Positions 29,501 to 41,400 of a stretch of DNA of 64,000 bases are shown here, one piece after another. The notes below the pieces were generated by a model. It was given only the letters and a program-made list of their open reading frames with translations, had not been told where the DNA came from and did no database searches. Positions within the stretch are counted from its first letter, which is position 1. Each line of letters starts with the position of its first letter. Source of the DNA: Phoronis australis. Its lineage: Eukaryota > Animalia > Phoronida. The position numbers and the translations under genes were made by a program. The stretch covers positions 1,896,938 to 1,960,937 of the forward strand of contig NMRA01000001.1 in assembly GCA_002633005.1 (NCBI GenBank). The letters run 5' to 3'.

Positions 29501-32398
29501 TTGGAGATAATAGCTTATTGGTTGTTTCAGTACCATGTCAACGTTGGGCTGTTCTTTGCCATTCTGTGGACAGTAATTGTCAGCTTGAGTCGGCTTTACC
29601 TGGGAATGCACTCGCTTCTGGTAAGTGATTCTTTCATTTGTAATGGATCAAAATCTAACAGGACCATGCGCCCACATATTTATATGTTTACGCATTATAC
29701 CGTCATCTCCATCCGTCTGTTCGTCCGTCCGTTCGGGCGGCGTCCATCCGGCGTCCACTGCTTTATCTCCAAAATCCTTTGACATACGTTCATGAAATTT
29801 GTTCCATTCATGAATGGGACGGCGTGAGCGAAATTTAGGACGGATCCGAGTACCGGTGTGCCCCCTAGTGGCAATTTTAGTTTTTTACGCTTACCTTTGT
29901 ATCTTCAGAAGTCCAGTACGGATTTTCATGAAATTTGGTATGTAGGCACCTATTAGTGGGATGACGCTATCCTCTTGTTTTCGGATGGATTTGACGTAGT
30001 TTGCGCCACCTAGTGGCCATTGTTACTGTTTATTGTGTCCACCCCTCTATCAACCAAACCGCTCAAAGGGTGATTGGGAAAATTGGCATGTATGTGCTTA
30101 CTATAAAAAGGACAGTTGATGATGATTTTCCGACGATTTCGCCTACTGTGGCCCCTCCTAGTGGCAGTTTTGTTTTTGTTGTGTCTATGGCCGTTCACAG
30201 GATCTTTACTTAATTTAGCAAGTGTATTTATGTGATGTTGACTACGGATGACGACGACTTTCAGACAGATCTGACTGCTGCTGTGCCCCCTAGTGTCAAT
30301 TTTAGTTTTTTACGTTTAACTCAATATCTTCAAAGGTCGTCAACAGATTTTCATAAAATTTTAAATATAGGCATCTATTGGTGTGATGATGCTATCTGCC
30401 CGTTTTTGGATGGAATCGAGGTATTTTGCACTTCCTAGTGGCCACTTTTGCTGTTTTCAGATCTTGTTTTTGGTGTCCATCCCTGTATCAACCAAATCAT
30501 TTGAAAATTGGCATATATGTTCTCAGTGTGAAGACGACCTTTGATGATGGTGGCTGATTATTGTGGCACCTCCTAGTGGTAGTTTTGTTTTGCGCCCATA
30601 GTTGTATCTCTTAAACCCACTGCAGGATCTTCACCAAATTTAGTAAGACAGTGTATTTATATGAAGATAGCAACAGACGATGACCACTTTCTGACGGATC
30701 TCAACGGACACTGTGCCCACTAGTGGCAATTTCATTTTATTCTGTTTTCCTTTGTTTTTCTGAAGTTCCTTGACAGATTTTTATGAAATATGGCATGTTC
30801 CTGTTTGTGAATGGATTGTGTGTTTTGTGCCATCTAGTTTCCATTTTTATGATACAAATAAACAACCCTATAAGCACACCATTTGCAATGCGTTCGTGGG
30901 CGCATTTCAACGCTCCGCGTTGCTCTTGTTACTCTTGTTGTAGGTGATGCTGTTGAATTTTCTAATTCAGTTTGTGTAAACAGTCATCTGGTAGACGTTC
31001 TTGAAAGGTGCTTGAATGTAGTTTGTGGTAGAATTGAGTGATAAAAATATCGCTGTTCTTAACTTGTTTGATGTTACCAGGTGTGACATTTCTCTTTTTG
31101 GTGACGTTGCAGTGTACTTACATCAATTCAAACATGGTGGTGCATCGTGTTTGAAAAATTTTGCACCATGTTTGGAAGTCTTGAGCCATGTTTGAGAAAC
31201 TCTGAACCGTGATTGAAATCTTGAGCCATTTTTGAAAAGCCAGAGTGTTTTGCTTTCAAACCAAATGATTGAAATTGTGTGGTACATGTTTTATAGTTTA
31301 ACAGTGAAAATGATAGTGACATGCACACCAAGTGAAAATACTGTGTAACTATAGGAGGCAGTGTGGCCTAGTGTGATAGGTGTCGCTTCCATTGCTCAAG
31401 GTCGTGGGTTTGAGTCCCTCTGGGCACACTGTTAGACCCCTGAGTCAGGTCTCTCAAGCTCCTCAGCTCGGTTTTAAGTATATATTAATAAAGCACAAAA
31501 ATGGTTCCAGGTGATCACTGCAACGGGCCCAAATGCACGGCCTGCGCATGTCTGGGACAACGTGTACCAGACTGCCTACAGTTGTTTTCATGAATAAAAG
31601 AAAAGGCTACTATATGCAAGAACATAACATGCAGTTTGCACCTTTTGTGAATTTTCGTCCACGGAGTACCTTGCATTGTTGCTCAGCATTCTTGTGTTGC
31701 TTTTCTATTGCAACCTGTTGTCTGCTTGCAGTCACTGTTCCTCAAAGTTATTTACATGTTGTATTCAGAGTCCAAAGTATATTGTCACCTGTGTTTATTC
31801 TTTGACATCCATGCGTTCTCCTTTGCAGGATGTGATATGTGGCCTGTTGTCTGCTGGTGTCATGCTGCCACTGTTGTTCCTCATCATGGACGGCCTTGAT
31901 GAGTTCCAGGTGACGCACCCTTATGCCCCCTACATCATTGTTGGAGGCTACCTCTTGATGGCACTCTGCTACCCTACACTGGATAAGTGGAGCACAGCGC
32001 GCGGCGACACCACGTTGATCCTCGGTGTGGGTGCTGGTGTTGCCGTCGGCAGCTGGCTGAACTTCCATCACGGCTTCATTTCCAAGACGGCACTTGAGCC
32101 TCCCTATTACGTGGTGATCCCCGATGCGGTCTGGTTCGGTCAGATGGCACGTCGTACTATGCTTGGTCTGGTCATCCTGTTTAGCACGCGTGCCATCGTC
32201 AAGGCAATCACATACCACCTAGTGTGTTACCTGCTAAAGCTGGACAAGAAAGATATGAGCACGCGTCAGCGACTGGCTGTGGAACTGCCTTACAAATTCA
32301 TCGCTTATTTCTGCATCGCCTTTAACGTGGTGTATCTCGCTCCGTGGGTCTTCAGGTATCTCGGCATTGAGCGAATCAACTACTTCACAGAGCTGTGA
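22463..32398 (+). CDS. SGPP: Sphingosine-1-phosphate phosphatase (SGPP1/SGPP2 family, PAP2), 3 exons, 439 aa
   Basis: Exons 22463-23122 (GNELFY...[33 protein letters not shown]), 29531-29620 (SLSRLYLGMHSLL) and 31829-32398 (DVICGL...WSTARGDTTLILG...VELPYKFIAY). All three PAP2 motifs are present (KxxxxxxRP, PSTH, SRxYLGMH) and all introns are phase-0 GT-AG. Confidence 0.95.
23467..23544. repeat. (AAT)n microsatellite
   Basis: Imperfect TAA/AAT run. Confidence 0.95.
24299..26677. mobile_element. 2.4-kb non-autonomous hAT-like element with 5-bp TSD (hAT5-like) in SGPP intron 1
   Basis: TIRs CAGGGCTCGAC / GTCGAGCCCTG. GTAGA on both flanks (24294-24298, 26678-26682). Multiple subterminal AAATGCGA / TCGCATTT repeats at both ends. 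Confidence 0.8.
28396..28632 (-). mobile_element. hAT MITE, second copy of the 5912-6385 family, collapsed at a single-N join
   Basis: 28540-28632 is the reverse complement of 5912-6005. 8-bp TSD AGTGTACC at 28388-28395 and 28633-28640. The N at 28398 replaces the missing half. Confidence 0.85.
28996..29172. mobile_element. Small GC-rich MITE (GGATC/GGACCCC-repeat type)
   Basis: GGATCAAGGGGGTCCGG...AAAAATCCTGGATCTGTCCCTG with repeated GACCCC motifs. The end resembles that of the 50057-50921 element. Confidence 0.45.
29660..30930 (+). mobile_element. Helentron-associated non-autonomous element (HINE/DINE-1-like) with an internal ~140-bp tandem array
   Basis: Subterminal IR ATGCGCCCAC (29666) / GTGGGCGCAT (30896), a (GTCC)n-like microsatellite near the 5' end, a 3' hairpin CAACGC-TCC-GCGTTG followed by CTCTTGTT, and diverged internal tandem units each with a CCTAGTGG-type motif. 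Confidence 0.75.
31124..31300 (+). repeat. Dispersed repeat, second copy at ~43165-43330
   Basis: Both copies share ATTCAAACATGGTG(G/C)TGCATC(G/A)TGTTTGAAAAATTTTGCACCATGTTTGGAAGTCTTGAGC and internal ~21-bp GAGCCATGTTTGA units. Confidence 0.8.
31354..31500 (+). mobile_element. tRNA-derived SINE (degenerate)
   Basis: A-box TGGCCTAGTGTG and B-box GGTTTGAGTCCC at tRNA-like spacing, followed by a non-tRNA body (CCCCTGAGTCAGG...). No complete cloverleaf. Confidence 0.65.
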
Positions 32399-35300
32399 TC
32401 TTTTGACAGTGTGTATATTTGTTGTCCTGTAGTGGTGCAGCTGTCAAAAGTAGAAATTTGTTGAGGTTTGTCCTATGGCAAAAACCAGGGAGGAAAACAG
32501 GTAAAAAATAACTAAATCATTTGAAAAATATCCAAAATTATTTGCTCTTAACATTTTTGGTGACACTTGTCAGTGCTCAGTGGTTTAAACCAAAGCTTTT
32601 TTGATAGTTTGTAATTGAGAAGCCTTACATACAAAATGACTCTTATTTTAATTGTTAACCACTGATTTGCGAAATTACGCGTGAACAACTAATTATGCGC
32701 TTTTACCGTATTATTTTCTCATTAATTCTCTGATTCAATTACTACTTGCTTTTAACTGGGATACCGTTTTCCAGAGATGTCTACAGTTGACTTAAAGAAT
32801 TTCAATAATGCGGTGAATTAGAAAATATGGTGAGAAATACAGTGCCTTGGTTTTCCACAGTTGCATACAATTTTTGTGTAACCTTTCAATTTAAAGTTTT
32901 CTATTAATGTTCAAAAACAATGTTGAGTCAGTGAAAAACTTACTTTTACTTTTACTTATAACATCACGCGATCCATTTTACGACGTGGTAAGACGGTAAA
33001 CACAAAAACATAAGTTTTCTACGCACAAGGTGGCTGACAAATGCAAGTTGAAAACTTAAAACTTTCTTTTGTTTATTAAGTGACATTTTGTCATCTATTA
33101 TTAATCGGAAATTTGACTTTTGACAATGATTACAAAATTATTCAGCCAGCTCGTGTGTTTTGACTATCGGTCAGAATTGAGCTCCACTCCAGTTGCTGAG
33201 TTGCCAGCTCTCTTGTTTAATCATATGCACTGTACGTGCGTGTGATGCGGCAGCCAGCTTTGACCCAGCAGTGCAGACCATATATATTTCTATTACCTAG
33301 AAAACAAATGAATGTATTTCTATACTGTGTTGATGTCTGTACTCTTCTGCTGTACTGTTATAGCAATCAATTTGCTTGTCCGCTTCTAAAGTAAATTAAA
33401 TGTCAAGGTCGCTTTTGAGTTACAAGTAAAAGTATTGGGGGTGTGAAAACACTATCGAGCACTGTTACTTTTACTGTTGATCAAAATGTAAAGCAAAAAA
33501 ATCTAAAGCCCTCTAATGTTACTATGTGCACTTAAAGAAGACTGAGTCAAAATTGTAACATGTAGGCTAGTAAAAGTTGTCTTGGCAATTTTTTTGTTGA
33601 CTCTTGAATTCAAAAGCCAAGATAATGTGCATGTTTGTCTTGAATTTTTATTTTTGTATATTTGTGTTCTATACTTTGTATCATGTGAGGTGGGGGAAAT
33701 GAAACTGTTATCATGGAAACTAATTTGTTCAGTCACAAACTCCGAACAAGTAACCGATTCATGTATGTATGTATGTATGTTGTGTTAACTGTGCTGTTTC
33801 TTGGACCTGATTTCTTGTCGAGCTGTTGATGGGTTTTGCATAACTGCTACTCCAGTCATTTACAGGGTTCCTGATTTTACGCACCAAGTTTTCTTCGCTG
33901 AATAACTGGCATTAACTGATTCTCAAAATCTTGATTCCCTGTAAGTGACTATTGTCGTGTTAATAGAAATTGACACCTTTTGATACCAGAACCATCCTCA
34001 AATGTAACTATTAGTCGAGCCACGTTATATCAAACCTGGTTCATGAAGTTTATTCACTTAATGCATTCCGTTTCACAAGTTCCAGGCCAGCAAACTTTAG
34101 TTGCAACAATCATTCTAGAAAGACCCCATTGAGGGTTTGTTGTGGTGCAGTTTGATTGTAGTTATTTGGTTAATAGGTAGCCTTTTGAAAGTTGACTTTG
34201 CGTTGCAAGTGAGATCCGTTAGCTGTTTTGTTGAGTCAAAGAACTCAAAAGAGTTGTTAACTAACTGAACGTCTCCTGCCCAGCTTTAGTTGATTATTAA
34301 AGGGGCGCTTTTTTGGATTGTTGAATGGTTTAGACTTCTTTGAATTTTTAGCTTTGGGCTTAGCTGTAAAACAACAAAATCCATTGGGATTTGTTAGAAA
34401 TCGTTGATTCTCACTGTTGTTTTCCAGCCATTTGCTGAAGGCTGGTGATTTCCAGTTAAACACACTTAAAAATGTTCTGCCAGTGTTATTTAGCTTTGCC
34501 AGCATAACTGCGACTACTGAGGTTACACATTTGATTTCGCGCTTTTGGTGCCAATAATGTCAATCATAAGTTTCAGCCTATAGAAAAATTGTTCTTTGGA
34601 TTGAAAAGTGATTTGTTCACACTTCGAACGGTTTGGAGTGTGTGTTTGGAGGTTCAACAGTGGTGCAATATAGTTCATCTTTTTATTATTGATAAGAAAT
34701 CTGTGGCGATGAGTGCCATGTTAGCAACACTGGTAGCAACATTGTTGCGTAGGCAGTTTTAAGTTGCCATGGTTTGTTAGCGACTTCTGCAGGGAGTAGA
34801 CATGTTATAATAGGCATCATTGCAAGTATGGGGTATTTGTGCCACTTGACTAATACTGGTAGGACCGTTATCTCATTAACGTCACAGAGATGTTTGAGCT
34901 TACTGTACTTTCTCAATAACTTCATAGCACATACTTTAGTGGCAGCATCTGTGTGACTTTAGAATACTGTTGTAAGTTCTCTGAAGGGCAGTCACAATTA
35001 CAGCCAGTACTTCAGGTAATGTGTAATTGAAGTGTGTTAAATGAATTGAGCCGAGACAAAAGTTATGTTCAGCACAAGTTACTCATAAAGCCTGCGGGAC
35101 TATGATCCTTTCAATGTCTCTAAATGTGTTGTGATGGACTTTTTCTGCATGATTTATTTTATGTTAAGAGGTCATGATGTGATATGGTAACTGTTCAGTA
35201 CTTCCTTTAGTAGAGCATAATAGTGCAGTAAGCTATTTATTCATCATGAAAGTGGAATGGTTTTGGGGTTATCTGACGTCATCTTGGAAAACTAGGATTA

Positions 35301-38300
35301 TAGTATTACCGAGACATTTGTTTTTCTCGAATTACTGTTTTACATTTACTTACTGGAGCCAGTTGAAGCAAGGACCGAGTTTGGAATTACTGATATTTTA
35401 TTAAGGAGTACTAGACTTAATATGGAAACACTGGAGTTGGGTATCAAGTGTTTAATTCCTTAGTAAGCAGAATTAGTAACATTTTGTGTAATTACGGCTG
35501 GCATGTTATCAGTTGGATTTTGTGAAACTAATTGTGATGTATTCACTGTAAATTGTGAATTATCATGTCTTTGTCTTGTTCTGTGTAAGTTAGTGCAAAT
35601 CAGTGTGTATTTCTGTTATACTATATAGAGTTGTCAAACGAGTCTTACTGTGTTTTATGTACAGTGTTTCAATGGGTCTCACTCTGGTCTCGTTCTGTGC
35701 ATTCACATAGGTTTGCCTTGTTATGTGACAATCCAGTGTATTTATCACCTTATAATTCTTCATATACCGTATGGAAATATAAACTGAGTAAAAAATATTC
35801 CTCGTATTATTTCTAACCTCGAAGAAGTTCCATTTTAAATTCATATTTCAATATTTTGTTTGTCTTCCAAACTAAGCTATTGCTGAACACATTCAAGTTG
35901 AAATGATGCACCTTTTTGCTACCCCCACTACGCAGTACTGCGTACATATGGATTGTGACATCACCTGTGTTGAACACAAACTTGTCTCTTCAAATGTACA
36001 CCTTGTGACAATGAGAGTTTCCTCATGTTTTCACCCTCAATGCAACCTGATGTGTTGCCAAAAGTACACTGCACAGTGACATGGGGGGTGCTGCAATTTC
36101 CTCAGCCATGAGGACTGGTTAGTCCAGAATCCCACAGAGAACAAGCATTTCCCTTTGAGGTTACTGTGACTTTTGAAGTCATTGAAATCTTGATATTTAA
36201 AACTGCCTTTGCATTTCAGGAGATAGTCAAAGAAATTCAGTCACAAGTTGAGATCAGTTTTCCAGCAGATTGTGATCTAAATCATAAGTTGTATTTATTT
36301 AAGTGTACTGTGGTTTATACAGTAACTCAGTAGTTGCTTACCTCAGAAATAATTCTCAAAACTCATATTTTAAAATGATTAAAATCACTATTTTTTTCTT
36401 AACGTGTGATAACTGAGTGCCATAACCAGAAACGCAAGAGTTTCATGACAGTTGTACAGTTAAAAGTGCAATGAACAAAAAATTGATTTAGATCTAATAC
36501 CATTATAAAGTCGGTCTATTCTTGTTTCCTTGTTTCTTACACAGATTAGAAATAACTTCTGAGACTTGAGAAGAACCCAAACTGCTTAAAACCCGACTCA
36601 TAAACTTGTCATGCAAGCACAAAAAAATTGATTCATTCCAAGTATTAATCAGTTCTAATCTTAGCAAAGGAATAAACACACCAGATTCATAGCCGTGAGA
36701 GGTATGAATCAAAAGTTAAGATTATCTGAAGTATTTTTCTTGACAAATTTTTTCAATAAACTAACACATTTCTGCCAAATTGTCTTCATAAAGCGGTATC
36801 GTCAAGAATTACTGTAATATCAAATTGCAGGGGAAAATGTCCAAATTTGGCGAACTTTGGAATATCATATCACAAAAATGGAAGATTGAACTGAAACTTT
36901 TACACTCTGCTTCAGGAAGTTCTCCAATGCACTGTTGGGGATTATTTTAAAAATATTCCACTAAGTTTTTTATGTAAAATTATCAAAAGCTTGATAAAAC
37001 AAAAACGAAATCATAATAAACTGTAACAGCATTTTTGAAATTTCATCTTGGAACATTTACGTTAAATGAAATTTGGTCATGAATATACGTTTCTTTTTTG
37101 TAAAGTTTTACTAAAAAGACATTGTGATCCAAACAATGGCAGATTAATAATAAGTCAAAAACCAAATTCAAAAGGCTTTCTGCTTATACTTTCATTGACT
37201 AATGGTCTGTAGTTATGTGGATATTTACTTAAATACACAAACTCGTCAATAAGGTCTTGCATAACCTTCAACAGGAGAAACACGAATCTTTTTAATAAAT
37301 AACCAAGCATCTGCCAGGCACCAGAAACCTTCCCTCTGAAAATTTAATGCAAAGAATTCATTTCATCAAATGAAAGTCCGTAGCCAAAACCCAAAGGAAA
37401 TCTCCAGTAACGGGAAATGATAAAGAAGACACATTTTTCTTGCAACAAGCGTCATTCACAGCACAACTAGTACAGGATACCCTTGAAGATTTCAAAATGA
37501 TATTTAACAAATCTTCGAAATTACAGTATAACCATCCTGACGTTACTGGACCTCTGTGTTTACTCGCACAATGATTTACAATTCATGTTGGTACAATCTA
37601 GCAACACTCGGAGATCTAGGACCCGTTTTATCAAAGATTGTAATTCTGGTCTTTGCCAAGACACTCATACCTTGAACATTTATTGGGAAACGAGTTATTC
37701 AAATACTTCACGAAGACGGGCGCTTAGCTTGATTGTGAGCTTTGATCAGGTTACTCCAGTAGCAATCACTTCACACATAAATAATGCAGTGCGCATCACC
37801 TACACAAAACATTCCTACGACAATCTTAGCTACGACCAGATTTACGATCTGGTTAAACAGTCCCTGGACCAGTACAGGTACATACTAGCTCCGGTAACAT
37901 ACAAATCATCATCACGAAAACAAGTATACCATTCTATCACTAATTGCACAATTAAACAAAAAATATCAATTTACACACAGTTTCCTCCCATAATTCAACA
38001 CCATCTCGACATAGCTACCAATTCAAATAGCATCCACTTTGCCAATGCATGTTAATACGGTTGCGAGCTTTCTCCAAAATCCTTATGAGATCTGGTCTTT
38101 CACTAAAATGCTCATCACAAACTCAAAAGATACTGGCCTTATGGAATATAGACTTCAGTTAATCTAAATGTGCATTCACTCCAGTCACGTAAGGTTCAAT
38201 ATGATCCCATTGAATGTGTTGAATTTGTCTACTTCTACACAAGCCAAATGCATACAATGGTGTTGCTTGATACAAAAAAGTGGTTTTAAGCTTCGGTTAC

Positions 38301-38449
38301 TGTTCATGACTCACTCTACACAGCCCGTCCTAGCTGGGTTTCGGCCCTCACATTCTCATTTATGTTCACACATTACCACATGAACACATGGGATTTTTCA
38401 CGTAATTACACTTGGACTTGACCATTCCTGTACCTATTCCCAAATCCTT

Positions 38450-41400
38450 TCATGAAGATGCAGCCAGAGCCAGTGTTGGCTTGACTCCAGGTACTGTGTT
38501 CAACTCATCCACCTTAGTTCTCTGTATGTGAAATGCGGGTGTCACCCACTGTCCACATGGACACCGTTCGCCAACCCAGTTGAATGAGCCTAGCTTGCCA
38601 TCACATTTGGGACAATTCAACTAAAAGTACACAAAAGCCATTTTCCAACATGTTATTCAAGCTTACAAAGTTCAAATTAGCATGCCGTGGTTTTGAAAAT
38701 TTTGCTAATTATCTATAACTTAAAATAAGAACAGAAATGGTTGCAACTTGTTTATTTAAGTCTGCTTCAAACACATGAACAGCCTTGGTTTTGCATCAAG
38801 TTTCACAAGTTAAAAGTAAAAACATGCTTGTGAGATTATAATTCAAATTCTAACCTTGACATGCCTTTGAGACAAGTTTACATTCCAACCTACAGATTTT
38901 GTTTTTTCTTTTGGTCCTTGACATTTGTCCTGAAGTGTCAAAATCTGTCAGGACATTTTGAAAGTCAGCCAGACAAAATTTGCCATTGGAGTATGGTGAC
39001 CAAACTTTGGCTCAATAGTGGAAACCAATGAATTTGAAAGGAGTGATTTTTTGCCATGAATGGTCAAGTTTGTAACAAACATGATAGGCAAAGGGAGCGA
39101 ATTCTGTCTACACTATTACCACAAACGAATCGGCCAAATGTCTGGACTAAAGTAAAATAAATCATACACTCTGAAAATAAATCACACCCAGTCGAATGGC
39201 CAATGCTTTACAAAATGTCTACTAACCCTGACTTACCTTTCCTTCAATCACAGAAATACAATTCTTCATCCACTTTAATGGTTCAACAAACAATGACTGC
39301 CTACAGGTACCGCCCTCGCATTCTATCCCATCGTGCTTCATTACTTTCAGCCTCCAATCAAACGCTGCCTCACCAGCACCAATACTGTGGTCCATGACAG
39401 ACCCCGAGCGAAACAAGACTCGTCGGCATCTCCTGCACTTAAACGTGTGTCCATGACTCACATTTGGGTTCACAGCAGGATCAGCCGTCATCATGTCCTC
39501 AGGCACATCACAGACGGACTTTGCTGAAGGAGAGAAAAAACGTCAAATAATTCCACTTCAATACTACAATTGAGTCTTTGTGTCTACCGCCTTATGCAAA
39601 AAACTACAACCAAACACAAGCCTAAAAAAAGCAGCGATATTTTCCTTCTGTAAATAATTGGTCCATTCATTTTAGATACACCGGCCACAAGGTAAACCAA
39701 AGTTAAGAAAGCAAAATGTGTATTACGTGATTTTTATCCCAACCAGTTCTTACCTATTTGAATCTGTAAAGACAACAGGGTCAACTTAAACCTCTTGAAT
39801 GCCCAGTGTGCTGGATCCACCTTATAGTTCATAGACTCATAAATTTGCAGTTGCTTCATGAACCCATCATTGGGACTAGAATACAAACAGACGTAATACA
39901 ATACAACATAATACAATACAACATAATACAATACAACATAATACAATATAATGTAGCCAACACATTACACCCAACAAAACCAAAAAGAAACATATTGTGG
40001 CATTTGAACAAAGATCCTTACTGGCAAATCAATTAAAACTAAATGTACAATCTTCATTTTGTCCTGCCCATAAATCCTCATTTGACAACTACAATGTCTA
40101 AATATTCTTTATTCACAAAAGAATAATAGAAACAAGATGGCATTGTTAAAAATTTTTGGTATTTCACGACCAACCAATTTCCCTATTGCGAGGAGGTTCA
40201 GACTTCTCAACATATATTTTACAACTGCTTCTGCATTAAATAAAGTTTTTAACTTACGTATTGAACAGTCTTCAAATCAAGTTTTAGTTTGTTTCTTTGG
40301 CAGAGGAAGTGAAGTCTTCAATACCATAGAAACTCCTGCTCAATACTATATTTCTACTTCATAAAGGCATGGGTCTCTGTTTGAGACTGTCAACATTAGT
40401 ATACTTAAAATCTCAATAACATAAGTTGTCATTAAAATTTTCCATGTAGTTAAGCCTATAAGTAGATGTAAATATAAACTTACTTATTCAGTTAGAGTGG
40501 TGCAAGTGTGAATCAATGTATGACCGTCCTTTCCCTTACACTTCCTTCCACCCTTCTTCTATAATAATCTCACGTCAATTTTACATCCAGTCACAAGTGT
40601 GATTCAACATGATCATTTGTTCTGTATTATGTATTGTTATTTTTATTGTAAGGGCACATAACTGGGGCCATCCAACCCCAGTCATATTCACTAAAATGGT
40701 TTCTGGGTAAATAAAATGCCCAAATAGCCATTGAAGTAACTAACTGCTCTTATTCATACTCGTCCCAATAAAAACATGAGTATGTACACGCATAGGTACA
40801 GATATATACAAGAAGTACAGGTGTGATATTTAATAGTTATAGCTACAGTGCACAAGTGACAAAATGCTACCTGTAACATTAAAGAGAATTACAAACAAAA
40901 ATTAAAGTTAATCATTCAAATCTTCCAAACTCCCTATAATAGTTGTCACAAAGCAATTAGCAGTGTCTCAACCAGACACTGGGTTTGTACAAGCAACGAC
41001 GGCAAAAGGTTGGCATGAAACACAGCAGTAACTTCAACGAACGCAGGCAAAAATGGATATCTTAAAATCACCTGATATCTGGCTTTAACTTCTTCACGTG
41101 TTGAAAAGCATCACTGACTGACATCTGTGAAGTATGCATCAAATATCCTATGGCCACCGTGGCACTACGGGAAACTCCATGGCGGCTACAAAGATAAAGA
41201 TGGATGTTAGACGACGACGTGATTGAATAAAGGAAAGGTACCACAAAATATGTCAGGTGGAATAGATTAACAATTTAGGTAGACTAGATGCAGCTGCAAT
41301 ATTACGTTATACAACCAAACCTTTCAATAATGTTGGTTTTAGGCCACACAATTTCAATAATGTTGGTTTTGGGCCACACAATTTCAATAATGTTGGTTTT

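Noticed and set aside
31354-31430. tRNA gene
   Set aside because: A and B boxes are present, but there is no acceptor or anticodon stem pairing and a SINE-like body follows.
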